From Callorhinchus milii (Eukaryota): a stretch of 64,000 nt of DNA. Numbering within the stretch: position 1 is the first letter of the stretch; each line of letters opens with the position of its first letter. The DNA lies in assembly GCF_018977255.1 (NCBI RefSeq), contig NW_024704743.1:53942001-54006000 (forward strand). Reading direction: 5' to 3'. Shown in pieces: positions 11,901-26,900 of this stretch. Under the pieces are notes generated by a model that saw only the letters and a program-made list of their open reading frames with translations, searched no databases and had not been told where the DNA came from. Both the position numbers and the translations under genes were made by a program.

Positions 11901-14900
11901 CAAGGCTTGCACTGCTGAATACCATTGCAACTTTTCTTTTTACAATTGAAAGAATGAAAGAGACGAAAACAATAATGGACATGCAAGAGAATCAGTCAGC
12001 TTGTGAATTAAGAAAGGGCTTGATTGAAGAACAACAGGTTGAATCTTTCAAGCAAGCTACAGCTTGCTACCAGCTGTCTGTTCATTATTACTGTACACGC
12101 CATAATGTAATAGAGAGAACACAGGGTTGTCAACATTCCTAAATAATACTGAAGGTGATGATTATTTTTATTGTTAAAAACGGAGAGGGGGGGAGACGTG
12201 TGCACATACACATTTGAATTTCTCACTGCTTCTTTTCTCCCCTCTACTCCCGTGTAGAGGCACATTTTTTTGGTCAGTCAGGCGTCTGACACATGCGGAA
12301 ACCCATCACCAGGCTTAAGAGTATTGAGATTTTCATGCATCCCACCTACACGTGGAAATCGCAGCGGTAGATTGTTGGAATGGAATGCGCACTCTCTCCC
12401 TGGAGGGATGCAACCTGCTCACCTAATTCCGGAAAGTATTAGGCGCAGGTTGGCAAGAGCCAAGGTTTGGGGACCTCAAAATGTGCATTGGGAGCACTGC
12501 TGGAGTCTAACCAGCCAAAGCCACATAACTTGCCATTGATATTTCTGTCTGGTAAACTTTCCAGCTGCTTGTTGAACTAAGACCACCCTATCCATTAGGG
12601 CTTTGGCTTGCAGGGTTAATTCCTTGCCCCCGTGACTGGTCTGTCCTTCCTGGTCCTGCCACTGGCCTTTTGAGGAGGAGTTCTTGCTGGGTGGCTGTCA
12701 CTAGACTGTAAGTGTTACAAAAGAAAAAGCCCTAATATGTAACTGAGATTGCTGCAGGCCCAAGAGGAGACTGGGCATCTACAATAGGTAAACTGCAATA
12801 GATATAAAGTTTCTCCTGGACTCTGGCATTACAAACAGAAGCACTGATCTAGAAGCAAGCTGTACAGCCAGTCAAAAAGGAATAAGATGTGCAAGTCTGG
12901 GAGGCTATGAACAGAGAGAGAGAGAGAAGAGGGTGGATATATGCATGCCCTCAGACAAAAAGTATGGTTAAGAAACATTTAAACAAATTAGAATACATTA
13001 GAATATATAGCACAGAAACATTAGGCCCATTGGTCTATGCCGGTGTTTATGCTCCACATGAGCCTCCTCCTGCCCTTCTTCAAATAAGCCTTCAAGCATA
13101 ACCTTCTATTCGTTTCTCCCTCATGTACCTATCTAGCTTTCCCTTAAATACATCTAGTACTTAGATATACAAATTATAGAAATATAAGTTATAGTACTTA
13201 CCATGTCTGGATGCATGAATTCTTCTAAGTAGCTACGGCATAGCCTCCTGTCCCAGTCATCAGTAATGTGTCCCCCATACATGATCTCCCCAAAGAGATA
13301 ACGCAGGTCCTCCCAAGGCACCTAGAGCAATAAGAAAATACTTGGATCATCTCAATTCTCAAAAGAATGTGACTTGTGACTTTTCTTCATTAAATATCAA
13401 TAGGGTAAATTATGAGGGATGATGATTTCCACAAATATTAAAGATTATCAATAAGTGTAGGCTGTCTCCTTAAAGGCAAGTTCAGCACCTCTATAAGCTT
13501 TCTTTATTGATTTCTATCAGACTAAAATTTATTCTAAAGGTTCCTTCATACACTTTTTTTAAATTAATATTTTCAGCAGCTCTTGTTTCTGCATCAAGTT
13601 TTTTGTTTGAATGTATGTTAATTTGAGTTACCAAGATTACCACTGAGATAAAGGTTATCGGGTGAGGTACTTGTGTATCTGCCTGGCTCTGTTGGTAGCA
13701 CTCTTGCCTCTAAGTCAGAAGGTTCTGGTCCCATGTTAAGACTTTTTGAAATCACAACTTGCCTGAGGCCAAGTCCAGTGCTGGGGGAGTGCTATACTGT
13801 CAGAGATGCTGTCATTCAGATAAAATGTTAAATTAAGGTCCTGTCTGCCTGTCCAGGTAGGTGCCTGTGAAAGCTCCATGGCACTATTGCAAAACAGAAG
13901 GGAGTTTCTCTAGGTGTCCTAGCCAATAATACCTCAGATAAAATTGGTCATTCACCAATTTTGCGACATTGTTGTGTGCAAATTGTCTGCAGCATTTCCC
14001 TACAAAATATAGTCACTCCACTTTGAGATTAAGCTGCTTTGGAGCATAGTCTGTAACATGTAGGCACCTCTCAGAATGTGCTATGAGTGACTTAAAAGGT
14101 AGGTTTTGGTATCTCTGTGACACAGCTTTGTGACTTAGTGATGAAAGTGCTCTGAGACGTTATATTGCAATGGAGAGCGCTATATAAGTGCATGTTGTTG
14201 TTGTTGAAATAAGATTTAATCGGCAATCAAAGCTAAATTCATCTTATCTATAATTCCTTTGCATACTGTCACTCTTAATTCTATCAACGTAAAAGAACTT
14301 TTCAAGATAATCAAACATGGTCTTCTCCGCATATCCATCATTACCGAATAGAACAGATGTTTTACCCTAAACTCAATCTAGCGGTTATTGTGTCCTGCAC
14401 AATTTGGTTGCACTGATAATAATAATGCTTATATTTTGTGTAGCAACTCTCACATCGGGAGGACATCCCAAAACGCTTCAAAGGACTGTGACTGTTTTGT
14501 GGGAAAATGTGGCAGCCAATTTGTGCGCAGCAATGTCGTACAACTGGCCATGATCAACTTTATTTTACACCAGGAGAAGCTTCCTTCTTTTCTTAATAGA
14601 GCCATGGGATCTATAATAGCCACCAAAACGAGCAGACAGAACCCTGGTTAAGTCTCATCGGAAGTACAGGACCTCCAAAAGTACACACTACATATATTCA
14701 TCTTAGACTAAATAAGTTCAAATTCCTGATGTAGAGTGGAGAAACCCTCATTGGTGTGAAATGACTCAATGACAAATTATCAATCTGCATTCATGTTTGG
14801 TTGCAATTATTGATAGAGAAAAGAAACGCCCGACATCACCAGCACCGGCTAAGGCTTCGGTGATTAACCTAAAAAGATTTAGAAATACTCATCATATTAT

Positions 14901-17900
14901 ACACCCTCTGCATGCAATTCAAAAAATAATTTTATTTAATTTAATCTAATTCTAGAGGATGCTAGCAGGAAAGAAAGAAGAGGGAAAGGGGGGTGAGGCA
15001 TTAGCATTTTCTTTTTTTGTCCAACAAATGTCTGACAAATGTGGAAATCACTATGCTTATGAGTATCCAAACCAAACATTTCCACATCTGTGTGCTACCA
15101 ACATATGGAAATTTTGCTGTGTCTGAAATAGAATGTGGACCATGCTTACCTAATTCCAGAGAGTATTAGGTGCAAGAGGTTGGCAAGAGCCCATAGTTTA
15201 TGTTGGGGTACTGCTCGAGGTTAACCAGCTAAACTGCATAGCTTGTCATTGAGAGCACTGCCTGGTAAGCTTCCTGCCACTTGTCCAGCTAGGACTATCC
15301 TATCTGTTAAGGCTTTAGCTTGCAGAATTAACAGGAGCTGAATGGGAAACTTGCCCATATTATAGTGCCCTGGAGTAGTGTGGCCTATCCTGGCTTAGGA
15401 ACTGGGGTAACAAGATCGCCACAGTGGGTTGAATTGATCTGATATTCTGTTGCTGAGCATTTCACCCTGGAGCCAGCTCAGCTCCAACGAGATCCTGCTT
15501 ACCTCCCTGGCAAACAGTCAACTTTAGTATGATAAAGTTGATAATGATAAAGCAGTCATTTCTATGTACACAATTACTGTGATTCAGTTTTACAACCATG
15601 AATTCTGCTCTAACAGTACAAATTTACGGTTATTAGAAGACATGTGAGGTCAGTGGTTATTATCATTCTAAACATGCCCTGCTTCTTATGCACACATTTC
15701 ACCTTGTACCTACCAGCTCACTGCTGCCTTGAGATATGAAACTGTAATGACATATTTATTTTAATAAGGTAATCAGTTTAAATACATTTATTCTTAGAAC
15801 TTGGTCGAATAACGAAAATATTACACACCCTCTGCATGCAATTAGATAGGCCAATAAAGGTTCAACTGGTAATAAAACTCTGCACCCCCCTACCTCTCTG
15901 ACCTCCTCTCTCCTCAGCACAGTACCCGTTGCTTTCTTTCCTCCGGGTCTGGCCTCCTCCTTGTCCCCCGAGTCCTCCGCTCCACCCTCGGCGGCCATGC
16001 CTTCAGCCACTATGCCCCGAGGCTCTGGAACTGCCTTCCTCACTCCCTTCGTCTCGCTCCCTCCCTTCCCACTTTCAGGTCTCTGCTGAAGACCTTTCTT
16101 TTCGACCGCACCTTTGGTCACCTTCCCACCCTCCCCCTGGCTCGGTCCCGGGATCCTAAACAAGCGCTCTGAGACGCCGTCCGGCGTAGAGGGCGCTATA
16201 TAAATCCAAGTTGTTGTTGTAAAACGTGTGCAACAACTAACAGGAACTAACTAAAAGCAAACAAACAAATGTATCCTTAAATTTTTTTTTGCTGAAAAAG
16301 ACATTACTGTTTTGATATTTTGAGGCTTATGTTTGGTTTTCATGGCCTTTTTATGTTTCTTCTTGCTGAGGACAAACCGAGAATCAATAAATACTCTATT
16401 ACCCTATTTTCAAACTACAGGAGCATTTCTGCACAAGATTTCCTGATACAATGATTAAACCCCAATTTGTGTGGTTGATCTGTGTATATTACAAAATCAT
16501 TAATATTTCATTCCTCATTACAGTCAGGCAATTATTACCCACAACCAGAAATGTATAGCAAACAGATGATTATTCAAGTTGTGTATTAAAAATGTATTTG
16601 CCTTTAAAGTGCAAAAGCATGATTTCATGGACAAAATGATTCAATACTCTCAGGACATTTGATGCTGCGACTTGGGTAAGACACATAATTTGTCAAAACA
16701 CACTTTTATCAGTCTCTGGTCATATCAGTATATAGAGTACTGTATTCCCACTTGGTAGATTTCAGTGTCAAAGTTTCAAACTACCAAGCCAGGAAGCTGT
16801 GAAATTAATTATCTTTCAAATTAAAATCTACTTAGGTTACATTTTGTTTGACTACTTTGTTTCAATTAAATATTAGAATTATACCGATTGCTCAAAACAA
16901 ATCAGTGCAAAAATCTTTTACACTTCAGATGCTGTGCGTTATTTACTTATTCACATCCCAGAATCAAATTACATGAACCATTAAGGTCCTCAGGCAGATT
17001 TAATTACTTTCAATCTCTCTTGATTTCAATCACAATATGGCTCACTGAATAATATACATCTGTTAAAACATATAAAAAGTACCAGAACTGGGAAAGTCAA
17101 AGGAAGGAGGGAATTTCAAACTCATAATAATGACAAATACACAAAAATATACAGCCATTTGTACATCTGACATGCCCTAAATAGCTACCATCATCATAAC
17201 TAATTGTAGATGTTCTTCATGCAATGCTGTAAACTGTCAGATATGCTGTATCCAATTACTTTTCTTTCAATGCTTCATTGCCTGCCTAATGAATTCTCTG
17301 TATATGCACATGTAGCACTGTTTTGTTAACATAATGGAGGGCATTTTTCCTTTACCACAACCCCATGACCTGTAAATTTGGTGTATCGGAGCAGTTCACA
17401 GCCATCTGAGGTTTTCCCAAAGGAGTACAGTACATCTTTACTGGTTGGGAAATACTATTTTCAATGTAATCCACTACTGATAGGATACTCTGACAGCCAG
17501 TTGTCTAGGTTTTTATACTGTGAGTTTAAAGTGAAAGCTAATCATTGCTGTGTCTGGCAGCTGATTCATGGTTGAGGTTGTTTCACCATCACATAGATTT
17601 GTACCCATTGCAGTATGAATACAGAGAATGTAAACTGATTTGGTTTGCTCAGAAAAATGTTCCTTACTATTTCATGTGACCATCTCTATAATAACATTAA
17701 CAGAGCCATGAGTTTGTTGCAAAATATACTTTTAGTTCAAACCCCTCTTATTAGAAATAGAACAAAAAAGTTCCAAACCCACACGGTCCCTATTGGGGCC
17801 ACTTGATATTGATGATTCTTCACCATACTGTTTTGCAATAATTATTTTCTTTGTTTCTAGTCGTAGCAATGTGACAAAAACAAAATCCTTCCTGATTCTA

Positions 17901-20900
17901 TTAATCACTCAACAATAGAGAGAGAGAAACAAGAGGGACAGACAATGGCTGTGGGTAGCTTCTGACACCTCTTGATGGCTGGGGACATGATACCTTTTTG
18001 AGGTCCTTGTTGTGTTTTAGCTTTGCAGTCGTTTTCTTATTAAGGCAACAATTTCTCCATTAATAATACATAGCAGGGTTTACTGTAGAGCTCTGTACAC
18101 TCAAAATACTTGATCCGTGAACATGTGGCACAATATCACTGGAACAGACAGATCCAACACTAAAGCAGTGATAGGTGGACAGTAATTGCAAAGTGCCATC
18201 TTAATTGTGCCCAGTGTCTCTAGAGGAAGAAAGCAACCTGTCTTGCAAAAACCTGCATGATGCAAGATTATCAATTTTCAATTGTCTGAGACACCTGACA
18301 CAAATAATCATCATTTTTTGGAGTCCTGTAGCTCAGTGGTTACAGCCCTCGCCTCGCAAGTGAGAGACCTGGGTTTAATTACCAGCAGGACGAAGGGTTG
18401 GGCAAGTTTCCTTACTCCACACTTGGCATTAAATTCCACGCACTAAAAATACTAACAATAAAAAAAACTCACTTACAACAACAAAATTACATTAATAGAG
18501 CACCTTTCATGTTGGGAGGACGTCCCAAAGCGCTGAACAGTCAGGTGTTGGGGCCCGAGGCATGGGGGAGGGATGGTGTAGGGATGAGAGTGGGCAGAGA
18601 GGTGGGAGGGAGACCAAAGGCACGGTCGAAGAGAAGGGTTTTGAGACTGGCCTTGAAGGAGGCAAGGGAGGAAGCGAGGCAAAGGGACTGTGAGATGGAG
18701 TTCCAGAGTGTGGGGGCAGAGAGGCTGAAAGCCCGGCCCCCGATGATAGGGCGGGTCAGGCGGGAGACATGGAGCAGGCCGGAGCCCGCTGAACGGAGGG
18801 AGCGGGCAGGTTGGTAGGGAGTCAGCTGATCAGGGAGGTAAGAGAACTTATTCATATTATTGGACAAATATTTGAAAAAGAAAAATACACAGTGGAGCCC
18901 TGTTATATACTTTCTGGAATTAGGTAAGCAGGGTGTGTCCTTCCAGGGGGAGAGCACGCATTGCATTCCAGACACAGGGAAATTTTCATGTCTAAGTGGC
19001 GTATAGGCATAGTATGTCAAACTGGTACAGTGGTAGTAGCGCTCTTGCTTCTGAGTCAGAAAGGTGTAGATGCAAGCCTCACGTTGGGACTTGGAATCAC
19101 ATCATCTAAGCTGACACTTCAGTGAAGTACTGGGGGGGTGCCGCATTGCCGGAGGTGCTGTTCTTCAGATGAGACTTTAAACCGAGATTCCATCTTATGA
19201 AGTCTTTGGGTATGATCTGAAGACGAACAAGGAGTGGGCAAGGTAGATGGATTGAAGCAGGAAGTTCCATAGTTTGTGGCTGAGCCCTACCGCTGATAGT
19301 GAAGTGGTGGGGACAAGGGCTGAGGAAAGTGGGCCTGGTAGAAGAGTGGGAGTAAGCAAGTCAGAGAGATAGGAGAGTGCCAGGCCATGAAGTCATTTGT
19401 ATGTGAGTGTGAAGATCTTGAAATTGATCTGTTCTGCTACAGGGAGCCAGTGGAGTTTGGGGTGATGAGGGTGCAGAATTTACTTCTGGTGAGGATACAG
19501 GGGGTGGAATTTTGAATTAACTGGTGAAAAGGGCACTTAATTTTGTTGTTGTTGTTAAGCATGATGATAGGTTTCTGCATGTGTCAGACAGCCGGGTACC
19601 CAAAATTGTTTCCACTGCACTCTAATCTGAAATAAACGAAACCATTGAAGACTTTATCTCGTATAAACACTTTTAAAGAAGGTGAACAGGACAGAAGGGA
19701 AAAGCAAAAGTCACGTCGAAGAGCAGAATTTCTTCAAGGAAGGTATTCCTGGAAGAAAAGTGGCAGTGAATTAAACAATAAACTTTGCCTTTTGTGGACT
19801 ACCTATAATGCTTTGAATATTTTCAAACAAGTCATCAATATTCTGGAACCAATGCCAATAATTTAGTACAAAATTACAGTTTTGAATGCCCGAGATTTTT
19901 GGAAGGATCATTCTATGGTGTCAGTATTTTTTGCACCTTTCAACAGGAAATGTTTTTTGAGTGTTAAATCTATTTCAGGTGTTATTACTGATGTTTTGTA
20001 TTTAGCATTGTAAGGTAGTGGCAGGCACAAACTATTGTCAGCCAAGTATATAATCACTATGAAAACCAATTATTACACAAAAAAGCAACTTTAAAAAAAA
20101 GCCGAGTTGTTAATTTGTGTCACTTTCTGAATGTTAACTAAAGATCCATTTTCACTAGATTTGAATACATTCTTCTTTCTTAAACACAAATTAGCTGTGC
20201 AACTTCTGCTCTGTACTATAAAGTGCTATGACTAGTGTCACTTTTATACTATGATTCCTGCAGTTAGTACTGTGACACTGAGGGTTTGCTGCTTTGCCTA
20301 CGCACTTGTGTGGTGTGTGTGTTTGTGCGGGGAGGGGTGGGGGGATGGAGGGGAAGACCTGACGATGTCCAATATACTGTGAAATACACTAAACATTATT
20401 TACCCCAATTGTCACTCAGAAAATAATAGCCCAATATTAATAGTGTGTGTATGTGTGACGGGGGCTTTGTTTGCAGCCTTCTCTCCTGATTCTGATAGCC
20501 TAATTTCAGCAGCAATCAAGAAAACATTTTTGTGCGAGTCCATGCCATGTGACATCACGGTGCGCTAATTAATCCTGTCCACACTCCAGTGTTGACCCTT
20601 TTCATTCTGTTGACAGGGACAAATTTGCCTCAGAGGCAACGGGAGTTATGACTCTGTTAAGGGACTGGATAATGCGGTGACAGGAAGGACAACTGCTTTT
20701 TACTGTGGATTTTCTGCAGAGGCAGGCTTGTCTCTGGATCCAAACCCAGAGAGTAAAAGGGGTTGTGGAGGAGTTTTTGGATGTGTATGAAATCCCTGAT
20801 GTTTAGAAAACAGCTATAATATTAAATTTTTCCACAAAGTGCACACTTTACAGTATATTATGTGAAGCGCTCTATCAAGGTAGGAATGGTACTCAATGAG

Positions 20901-23900
20901 ACATTGCAATGAGAATAACATAAAAATGAAACAGTAACATACATGATAACGCAATAAAGGCACAGTTGAAATGTTTGCATTATGAGTACCTGAGCACTGC
21001 TCTCTTTCTCCCCCTCACTCCCCCACCCCTAGCTCTCCCCTTAAAGGATAGGACAATTCCTGCCTCTGTGGTGAATGTATTCCCCTCTTTACTAATTTGG
21101 ATTACAACAAATAATAACGTCTTCCTACTGCCAAACAACCCTGCTATTGAGGCGACATAAATAGAAGCCTCGATCCATTCTCTTCGAAGCTTCTGTTCCA
21201 TTCGATCCAATGTTTTCTTGCATAATAAAAACTTCACAGGACAATTTTTCTGTTCTTTACACAATGCATTCCGCAGATAAACCTCTTATTATTGTGCCAG
21301 CTGTGTAAAAAAAATAAAGATTTAATGGCTTACTTTTGCATTTGCTTCAAGATAATTGTAGAGGACGTTGACAGATATGGTGAGATCTCCTATATTGAAA
21401 GGATAACTTCGGTTCCAGCCCTGTGGGCCAAACTTGCGCCTCTCTGCCACACAGGCATGAAAGTAACAGAGAGAGAAGAGGATGCTCTTGAACTCCTGCT
21501 CCCGTGCACACATTTCCAGGGTATTCTGCAACAACACATCAAAAGGAATCAATGAACCGATGACAGTGCCAATCTTTTTGAAACATAAGGATTATCATGA
21601 CAGCTACAGGGTTTGAAGGCAGACATTCCACACTAGGATTGGGAGTAGAGGGGTTAAGGGTGATATCGCCAAAGTGAATTTCAAGCAAAAACGAGTCCAA
21701 ATCAGGTCATTCAGGTTAATTTGCCGAATGTCTCATTTGGCTCAATTTGGACAGTTTAACTTTGTGATCTCTCTGTCAGTCTGTCTGCTTAAAACAAACA
21801 CGTGACAGTTTTCGTTTGCAGAGCATCAGTGCTGTCAGTGCCTCAATCCTGGCATCACCTCAGCTTTTATTACAGTGATGCTGCTACGCCCATCATTTGC
21901 TCTTACTCTAAAGAGCATGCATTTATTGTAACCATTGTATTTCTTCAGCAATAACATAGACATTTCACATTATAAGACTATTTGATTGTATACATCATAA
22001 ATTGCATTTAGTTAGATTTAATTCCTTTCTGTTTTTACTGGTTGAATATACTTAGAGCATTTTTAAAATAAAAACAACAAACGTCTTGTACCAAGCAAAA
22101 AGTTGGCTTAATATTGTTGTAGTGATATCAGGTGTCTGCCTCACTCAATTGGTAGCACTCTCGTCTCCGAGTCAGAAAGTCATTGCTTCAAGCCCCATGT
22201 TGGGACTCTGAACTGACATAAGCTAGTCTGCCACTTTGATTCAATGGTGGGGGTGTGCTGCACTGTTGAATGTGCCAGCTTTCAGATCAGACATTAAACT
22301 GAGGTCCCATTATGCACATTGTTGTGCACAAATCAGTTGCCACATTTGTCTGCAAAATACGCAGTCACTACACTTTACAGTAAATCCTCTGAAGAGCTTT
22401 AAGACGACCTTCTAACGTGAAAGGCGCTACATCAAATGCAAGGATTTTTTTATCATAGCAAGTGCAAAGCACAAGACTGCAGATGTGTAATTCTCTGGCT
22501 CTCACCTGGTCAAAGTTATATAGGGCAGCATGCAGGTTGGCCAGCATGCCATTAGGTGGCTCATTAGTGATTTTGATTGAGCTTTCCAGTATTCCTTGGG
22601 GAATGATGTGTTCCTCTGAGGTTGAAGCTGGCTCTGCACTGATGAACACTCTGTAGTCGGGATGACTGCCCTCACTGTATTGCTCCAGCAGCTTTTCTAA
22701 GGTTCCCAACCATTTCACCACAAGATGAACATTCTGAAAGGCAGAGCACGCAAACAACTTATAATTTCAATTTAAAACTTGCACTGCAAATGATTTTCCG
22801 AATAATTGCATTAATAATATTCTAAACGCTTCTCCTCATTTGACTAAACATAACTTAGACATTGGTCCCTCAATTCTGGGACCGAGTTAGAGTTAAGCCC
22901 AGCTGATGGGATGAAACTCTCCTCTTTCTAGTGACTACATGTTTGGTAATCTTGTTTTTTGTTGTTAAAAACAATTCCTGTCCTTTTCTTAGTGTACCAT
23001 TATTTGCTTTGTCAGTTGTCGTCTCAGAAAGATAATGACTTACACCAAAACACCATGGATTAAAGGATTTGGGTTATGTACTGCTATGTGTCTTCCCCAA
23101 AGTAAATCAATAAAACATTGCCGAATAAACCCTCTTGTTCACCATATAGACAGCAAGACCCCACCTTTCTAAGCATGTGACATTTTATTGGACTGTCCTA
23201 CTTAACTATGGCTTAATTCAAAGAGAGACCAGTTAATGGAACTTTAAAAACTGATGTTAATAAAACAAATGTTTCCTATTATTCGTGGCAGGTAATTTTA
23301 CACACTAGCACATATTTGTCTCTTATTACACAGCTGTAGTATCATTACAATGTACCTGAAGAATGACCCAGTGACCTTCCACTGAGGATTTCTCCAGAGC
23401 CTTCTCTGCTACCTGCTCCTGCCCTTGACCCAGAGAAACATTATGGAATTTTCCAGAATCAATGGTAAATCCCAGCTTTTTACCTATGAGGGAAAGTATA
23501 CATGAGGGACAGTCTTTCATCACACAATTGCATTCAAACCTGGGCAAGCTTGATCAGGTTTCAGCAACCCGCCTTTGGAACTCTGGTGTGCCATATATTC
23601 TGGTAAGTGGAGCAGTGTTTAACCTGAGATTTTTGTTGGTTTGTAATGTCCTAACTGCATGTTGTCAATACAGGATTTTACTGGTGAAGGAAGTGACATC
23701 AGCAGTGACTTGACGTCCCGGAAGGCTGCTTTTTTTAATAATGCGGAGTAAGAGTTTATAGACCAAAATCACTGCGTCATAACAAGATCAGCCACTATAT
23801 TATTAGGATACTTTGACTTTTGGGGAAGATGGGATAAGTATAATCCTTACCATCTGGCTGTTTGTGCATTGGTCAAAGAACCTGGATTTCTGAAATGATT

Positions 23901-26900
23901 GCATACAAGGATTTCATCATGCAAAATCAAATTATCCGGGCCATCACCACAAACAGCCATGAAGTGGATGACCAATTTGATCTCGAAGATTGTTGGCCAG
24001 GATACCAGTGAACACTTCCTTCTCTTGCAAATGCAAGGATTAGCATAAGATCACATATTTTGCATGCCATACGTCTGAGCAGTGAGGCACACATGTTGGG
24101 TTCAGGTTTAGTCCCACTTGCTGCTGTATGCCAGCTGCCTCACTTATAGCTGTGAGGTGGATGCTCTGAATGGAGGACAGGAATGATGTTCATCCCAGTT
24201 ATTCCCTCTGGCAGAGCCCTCACAGTTGCTTCTCGAGCAATGGTGAATAATAATAATATAATAATAATCCTTGCATTTGATATAGTGCTTTTTACGTCTT
24301 CGAGACATCTCAAAGCGCTTCACCGAATAGACTGTAAAGTGAATTGACTGTATATTTGTGGACGAAATGCGGCAGCCTATTGCGCACAGCAGTGTCCCAC
24401 AAACAGTCGTGGATTGAAGTAACCAAATTATTATTGTTTTTTTTGTTTGAGGGATTATTATCAGGCGTGTGGAGTAAGGAAATTTTCCTAAGGATTCACC
24501 CTGCCAGGAATCAAACCCAGGTCGCTTGCTTGCGAGTGCTCTAACCACTGAGCTACAGCACTCCATGTTCAGAGAATATAACTCAGAGGTCAAATATTCC
24601 TTTTTTTAATATAACAAATTCTGCATTAGACCATCAGGGAATGACATTCTGGATTACAAGATAAACTGATGAACATAACCAAGGTCAAAGCACTTTAGCG
24701 ACAGCGAAGTGAAGGCAGAAAGTGAGAGTTTACCGTGTGATGTTTTTGTCTTTCCGAAAGCTATCCTGAAAATGGTTAATTTAACATAAATATACTTGCT
24801 CTTTGCATTGGGAGTCTGTAGTCTTAATGTAGTAAACTCAAGATGGAAATGGAAGGCTTGCATTCTAGGATTAATACAATCTGACACAGTGGCAAGCACA
24901 TCAGCTGTCATTTTTGCTGCAGACCTTAATAACGATCTTTCACAAACTCTAAATGCTTTTCAAACACTCGTGTAACTGTCTATTGCTTCTGCTTTCATGT
25001 CCCCAGCAATCTGCCTCAGTGGACTTCCAGTGCACATGGTTTTATTCTGAAAATACAGTCACCATAAAATACAGAGGCTGTAAAATGGATGGTACTGGAA
25101 TTCAGCTTGCCTGCAAGTTGCCACACGTGACAAGGTTAATGAATAAATGAGACGATTTAATGACAATCATACCAAGTGATTCAACATCTTTAAGTGGATC
25201 CACACCAGGAGATAAGATGAAGAACACAGGGGTGGCTGGGCAACTTTCCTCATATGATTTTGCAAAATCCATCCGTAGACCATCTACGTATTTGGATCCC
25301 AGTTTCTCCTCAACAAAGTTTCTGTAAGCAGTAGCAGAAAGCCACCTTTTAGTAACGGTTACTGATTTTTTTTGCAATGAAAACTTTTACTAAACCAAAG
25401 CAATACGGGAGGATTGGCCACCCACGAATCATGAGAATTCTTTCCAATTTCTGGAATTTTCTTAGGCTTCAGGAGCAAGTCTCAAACAGAATATGGAGTT
25501 CAGCCATAATTTTTGTAAGTATAATGCAAGCATTGTTTCTCAGTCAGAATGGTTGTGCCTTTAATTTAAAAGGATTCAATAATTACATCCTCAGGTCCTG
25601 CAATCCCGTGGATTTTGCTCGATCGGCTTCGCTTACCTCACTGCATAAGTCATTCTGTCAGGTCGCAAAGCTCGTAGCATAATAAGTTTCTGAAGGGAGC
25701 TCTTCTTTTTCCATTCCTGGGGAAACTTCTCCTTTTCAGGGCACTCTGATTCAACAAACTTCTTCCAGCGCTTGGCCGAGCCTTCAATGTCTCTGTCCAA
25801 ACCACGGAACTCATCCATCATTGCCATAGCCTGAAGAGTTAAGAGATAGACACTGGCATCATATATTGTATCACACACACATACACATCAACAACAACAT
25901 GCATTTACATAGTACTCTTCAAATGGGATAATTTCTCAGAATGCTTAACATGGTAGGGTTGGATGCTAAGCAACAGAGTTAGGGGATGGGACAAATGGTG
26001 CAGTTGAAGAATTAAGTTTTGAGGTGGGATTTAAAGACGGACAGAGGGTGGGCTGAGATGGAGGATAGAGGAAGGGGTTCCAAAGGTTAGGGACGTAGTG
26101 ACTGAAAACTTGGCCACCAATTTATACTGTTTGTGTGAGAAAAGTAATTTAAGGAAAGGAGCCATACAAGCAATACAATCAATTTATTTGCTCAGAGCTG
26201 GTGCAGACCTGATGACTTCTTGTGTGCTATAAATGTCTATGATTCTAATTATTATGATCTTAGTCTTGCATCATTATCATAAAACCTAGAGTTTCCATAA
26301 GGTTTCCAAAAAGATTTAAAACATTACATTCGGCAAGCTAATTGAATACACGCTCAACTTTACTCTAAAACGTAGGACTAAGGCAATGCTGAAATTACCC
26401 TTATGGCACTCCAAGATTGAGTAGCGAGAAAGTCAACAGGACTCTTGTATATTTGATCAACTGTGAATCTCAGCAGAAAGTCCAGCTCCTGCAGATCTAT
26501 TTCCATGTTCATCAGCAGGATCTGGAACAGGAATACAGTAAACATTTGTTTTTATTATAGTATCAATGCAAACCAAGTGCCAGATTCTATCTCAGGATAA
26601 CTTCATTGTTATAAGAGTACAGCTTTTATATGAAGGCTGGAAGATTACTCTTGATAAAAGATTAAGAATACAAAATACAAGTGCAAAATATGCGGAATGA
26701 AACTTTGGAAGATAATGATGAAAATTGTGATCTTTATGTTAGATGAGAGCTAACTTTCTACAGTTGAATGTCAACAAGACCGAGGCTCTCCTGATTGGCT
26801 CCCGTCAGCACCTCCTCATCTCAGGCACCGACAGCATCACCGTCCATGGTTGCACACTCCACCTCACTGAGACAGTCCAGAACCTTGGGGTCTTGTTTGA

